This document shows, piece by piece, positions 62,247 through 64,000 of a stretch of 64,000 bases of DNA. Each line of letters opens with the position of its first letter. The stretch's first letter is position 1. Location: contig JADDPA010000178.1 in assembly GCA_016782125.1 (NCBI GenBank), positions 42,547 to 106,546 on the forward strand. Reading direction: 5' to 3'. This DNA comes from Thermobaculum sp. (lineage in GTDB: Bacteria; Chloroflexota; Chloroflexia; Thermobaculales; Thermobaculaceae). The notes under the pieces are model-generated. The model had not been told where the DNA came from. It ran no database searches and saw only the letters and a program-made list of their open reading frames with translations. A program made the position numbers and the translations under genes.

Positions 62247-63613
62247 GGGCTTTCCCCTTCCTGCAGGGACACTTGTGCGCGCACGATCGTTTCTGCGGTG
62301 CTACGGTCGTCCGGTGCAAGCTCACCGTCGATGACCATATCCAGGAGATGCTGGAGCAGCGGCTTGATCCATGGTCCTGGCGGGCGGTCGAACAGCTGCA
62401 TCAAGTCGTGACCGTCCAGCGGTGGCCGTAGTGCGGCGATACTTGCTTCTTGCTCGAGGCGCTCAATACGTGCCGCAAGTTCCTTGGTTCGTCGAGCTGC
62501 TGCCTCTTTCTTGTAAGTGTGGTAGCTCGTGATATCGGCGCAGGAGAGTTCGAGCAGCGCGTCTAATTGGTCTCCGGCGTCGCGGACAAACCGCCGGACC
62601 GCACCATCCGTCCACTCGGCGTGATAACTATTCGTGTGCGTGTGCATTCCGACCACTTTCGCGACCGCTGCAATCGTGGGGCGATCGTAGCGCAACTCGG
62701 AGAGTGCGCGGCGGGCGATCCGCTCACTGACTTGCTCGTGGCCGTTGAAGTGCAGCTTGCCGTCGGTCCAGCCAACGGTGCGAACCTTACCGGTGTCATG
62801 GAGGACGGCAGCCCAGCGGTGCACCAACTTGGGGGGTACGGCCTGTACGACCTTCAAGGTGTGGGCGAAGATGTCTTTGTGCCGCCCGCCGCCCGTTTCT
62901 ACGGTTCGGAGGGCAAGCAGGTCAGGCAGGATGTACTCCAGCAGGCCCAGATCGGCAAGCATCTGGAGCGCGACATCCGGTGCCGGGCCGACGAGCATGA
63001 GCGACATCTCGTCACGAATGCGTTCGCGGCTGATGAGCTTTAGCTCGTGCGCATGGTCTCGGAGTGAACGCTCCGTCGCCGTCTCGATTTGGAAATCGAG
63101 CATGGAGGCAAAGCGGACGGCGCGGAGCAGACGGAGTGGGTCGTCCCGAAACCGCTCGCCGGGCGGTCCTACGGCACGCACCAGCTTGCGGTCGAGGTCG
63201 CGCTGACCACCGTGCGGGTCTATAAGCATCGTCTGGCCGATCTCGATGGCGATGGCGTTTATCGTGAAGTCGCGCCGAGCCAGATCCTCCGCCAGAGTGG
63301 CGGAAAAGCGTACGTCGGGCTTGCGTGAGCCGGGTTCGTACTGCTCACCGCGGTACGTGGTTATCTCAACGGGGGTGTCTCCCCACAAGGCCCCGATAGT
63401 GCCGAACGTCTCACCAAGCGAGTAGATCGCATCGGGCTCTGCTTGCGCAGCCAGCCGCTTCGTTGTCTCCGGCAGCGCGTCTGTCGTCAGGTCATACTCT
63501 ATAACCGCGCGGCTCAATAACTGGTCCCGTACGCAGCCGCCGACGGCGTAGAGGTCGTGGCCAGCCTCGGTGTACAGCGTCTTGAGACGGTGGATGAAAT
63601 CCGGAAAATGCAT
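62243..63613 (-). CDS. CCA-adding tRNA nucleotidyltransferase / poly(A) polymerase family protein with HD domain
   Basis: 456-aa ORF. Head-domain motif LYAVGGCVRDQLL and DLTT. HD-domain HDTGK. 4-nt overlap with the NUDIX gene. Confidence 0.88.
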   Translation of the reverse strand: MHFPDFIHRLKTLYTEAGHDLYAVGGCVRDQLLSRAVIEYDLTTDALPETTKRLAAQAEPDAIYSLGETFGTIGALWGDTPVEITTYRGEQYEPGSRKPDVRFSATLAEDLARRDFTINAIAIEIGQTMLIDPHGGQRDLDRKLVRAVGPPGERFRDDPLRLLRAVRFASMLDFQIETATERSLRDHAHELKLISRERIRDEMSLMLVGPAPDVALQMLADLGLLEYILPDLLALRTVETGGGRHKDIFAHTLKVVQAVPPKLVHRWAAVLHDTGKVRTVGWTDGKLHFNGHEQVSERIARRALSELRYDRPTIAAVAKVVGMHTHTNSYHAEWTDGAVRRFVRDAGDQLDALLELSCADITSYHTYKKEAAARRTKELAARIERLEQEASIAALRPPLDGHDLMQLFDRPPGPWIKPLLQHLLDMVIDGELAPDDRSTAETIVRAQVSLQEGESP

Positions 63614-63774
63614 GGCGAGAGCAACCGTATCATCGGCGGCGGCTAGTGGTCAAGGCGAACACCGTCGAAACAGCCTGGATCCCTCAGGAAGCCGTGCTGC
63701 TACCTGCACGAGACTGATGGCGCTACACCCCTGTGTTTCAAAGACTGGGCTCATTCCGTTCGTGGTAGTATTGT

Positions 63775-64000
63775 TCGGCGGGGTCTGGTCCACCGCTGGC
63801 GGGTGACCGTTAGAGGAACTTCCCCACTCCCAACCCCGGCTCCTTCGGGGGCTGCGAGGGCACGGGCGCCTGACGAAACAGCAAGTCAGGGCGGGTCGTG
63901 GCGAGAGCCGCGACGACTACAACCCCAACAGAAAACTAACCCGCCGATGGCCTCTACGGGGGAACAGGTAAGGGGTGAAACAGCGGCGGTAAGATCGCCG
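63775..64000 (+). ncRNA. rnpB: RNase P RNA (bacterial type A), 5' portion; continues beyond the window end
   Basis: 63928-64000 reads ACAGAAAACTAACCCGCCGATGGCC...GGTAAGGGGTGAAACAGCGGCGGTAAGATCGCCG, which closely parallels E. coli ACAGAGAGCAAACCGCCGAUGGCC...GGUAAGGGUGAAAGGGUGCGGUAAGAGCGCACC. Upstream P7/P8/P9-like elements are AGGGCACGGGCGCC, CCTGAC...GTCAGG and GTCGTGGC-GAGA-GCCGCGAC. The 5' end is approximate. Confidence 0.7.

Noticed and set aside
1-64000. Mobile elements, prophage, toxin-antitoxin pairs, restriction-modification or other defence islands, tRNA/rRNA genes and CRISPR arrays.
   Set aside because: I saw no integrase, transposase or recombinase motifs, no tRNA-like T-arm sequences outside coding regions, no arrays of spaced repeats, and no compositional island beyond short AT-rich spacers. 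The window reads as core chromosome.

Overview
High-GC (by eye roughly 60-65%) bacterial chromosomal segment, densely packed with about 55 core genes on both strands. I saw no rRNA, tRNA, CRISPR array, transposase, integrase or prophage signature. Recognisable blocks: mutS (partial) and clpS; a SEDS/class-B PBP pair followed by a GalT-branch HIT protein, an epimerase and a membrane protein; a Bacillus-like pyrimidine operon (pyrR-pyrP-pyrB-pyrC-carA-carB-HAD-pyrK-pyrD-cax-pyrE) with a PyrR attenuator; a Cho-like GIY-YIG protein; CvpA-CAP, polyprenyl synthase, pepA; hemW, yggT; a tightly coupled minus-strand string gcvPB-fabF-NERD-like-holB-ricT-like; mutS2; mfd-pth-GNAT-AI-2E transporter; an aminotransferase-like gene; rpsA, clpC-radA, murG, dksA-like-lspA-rluD; a PPOX-family protein; DAHP synthase; a MacB-type ABC pair; a small stress cluster around hsp20; NUDIX and CCA/poly(A) polymerase genes; and the 5' part of RNase P RNA at the right edge. 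Gene order (pth-mfd, clpC-radA, holB-ricT, lspA-rluD) plus the GC content suggest a Chloroflexota/Thermomicrobia-like or similar lineage; this is inference only. I found no complete new multi-gene system such as a defence island. The most interesting candidate is a promoter-proximal, apparently leaderless 28-codon ORF rich in Tyr/Trp/Phe codons, followed by an intrinsic terminator, directly upstream of a DAHP synthase that itself carries an unusual N-terminal ACT/FL-like domain. Other points worth a second look: an aminotransferase-like gene lacking the PLP lysine and preceded by an overlapping uORF; degenerate NERD, RicT and DEDD domains; a recurring leaderless-promoter geometry; several long perfect hairpins; and an aberrant CR-I region in RNase P RNA. 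All coordinates and motifs were read by eye and no searches were run.
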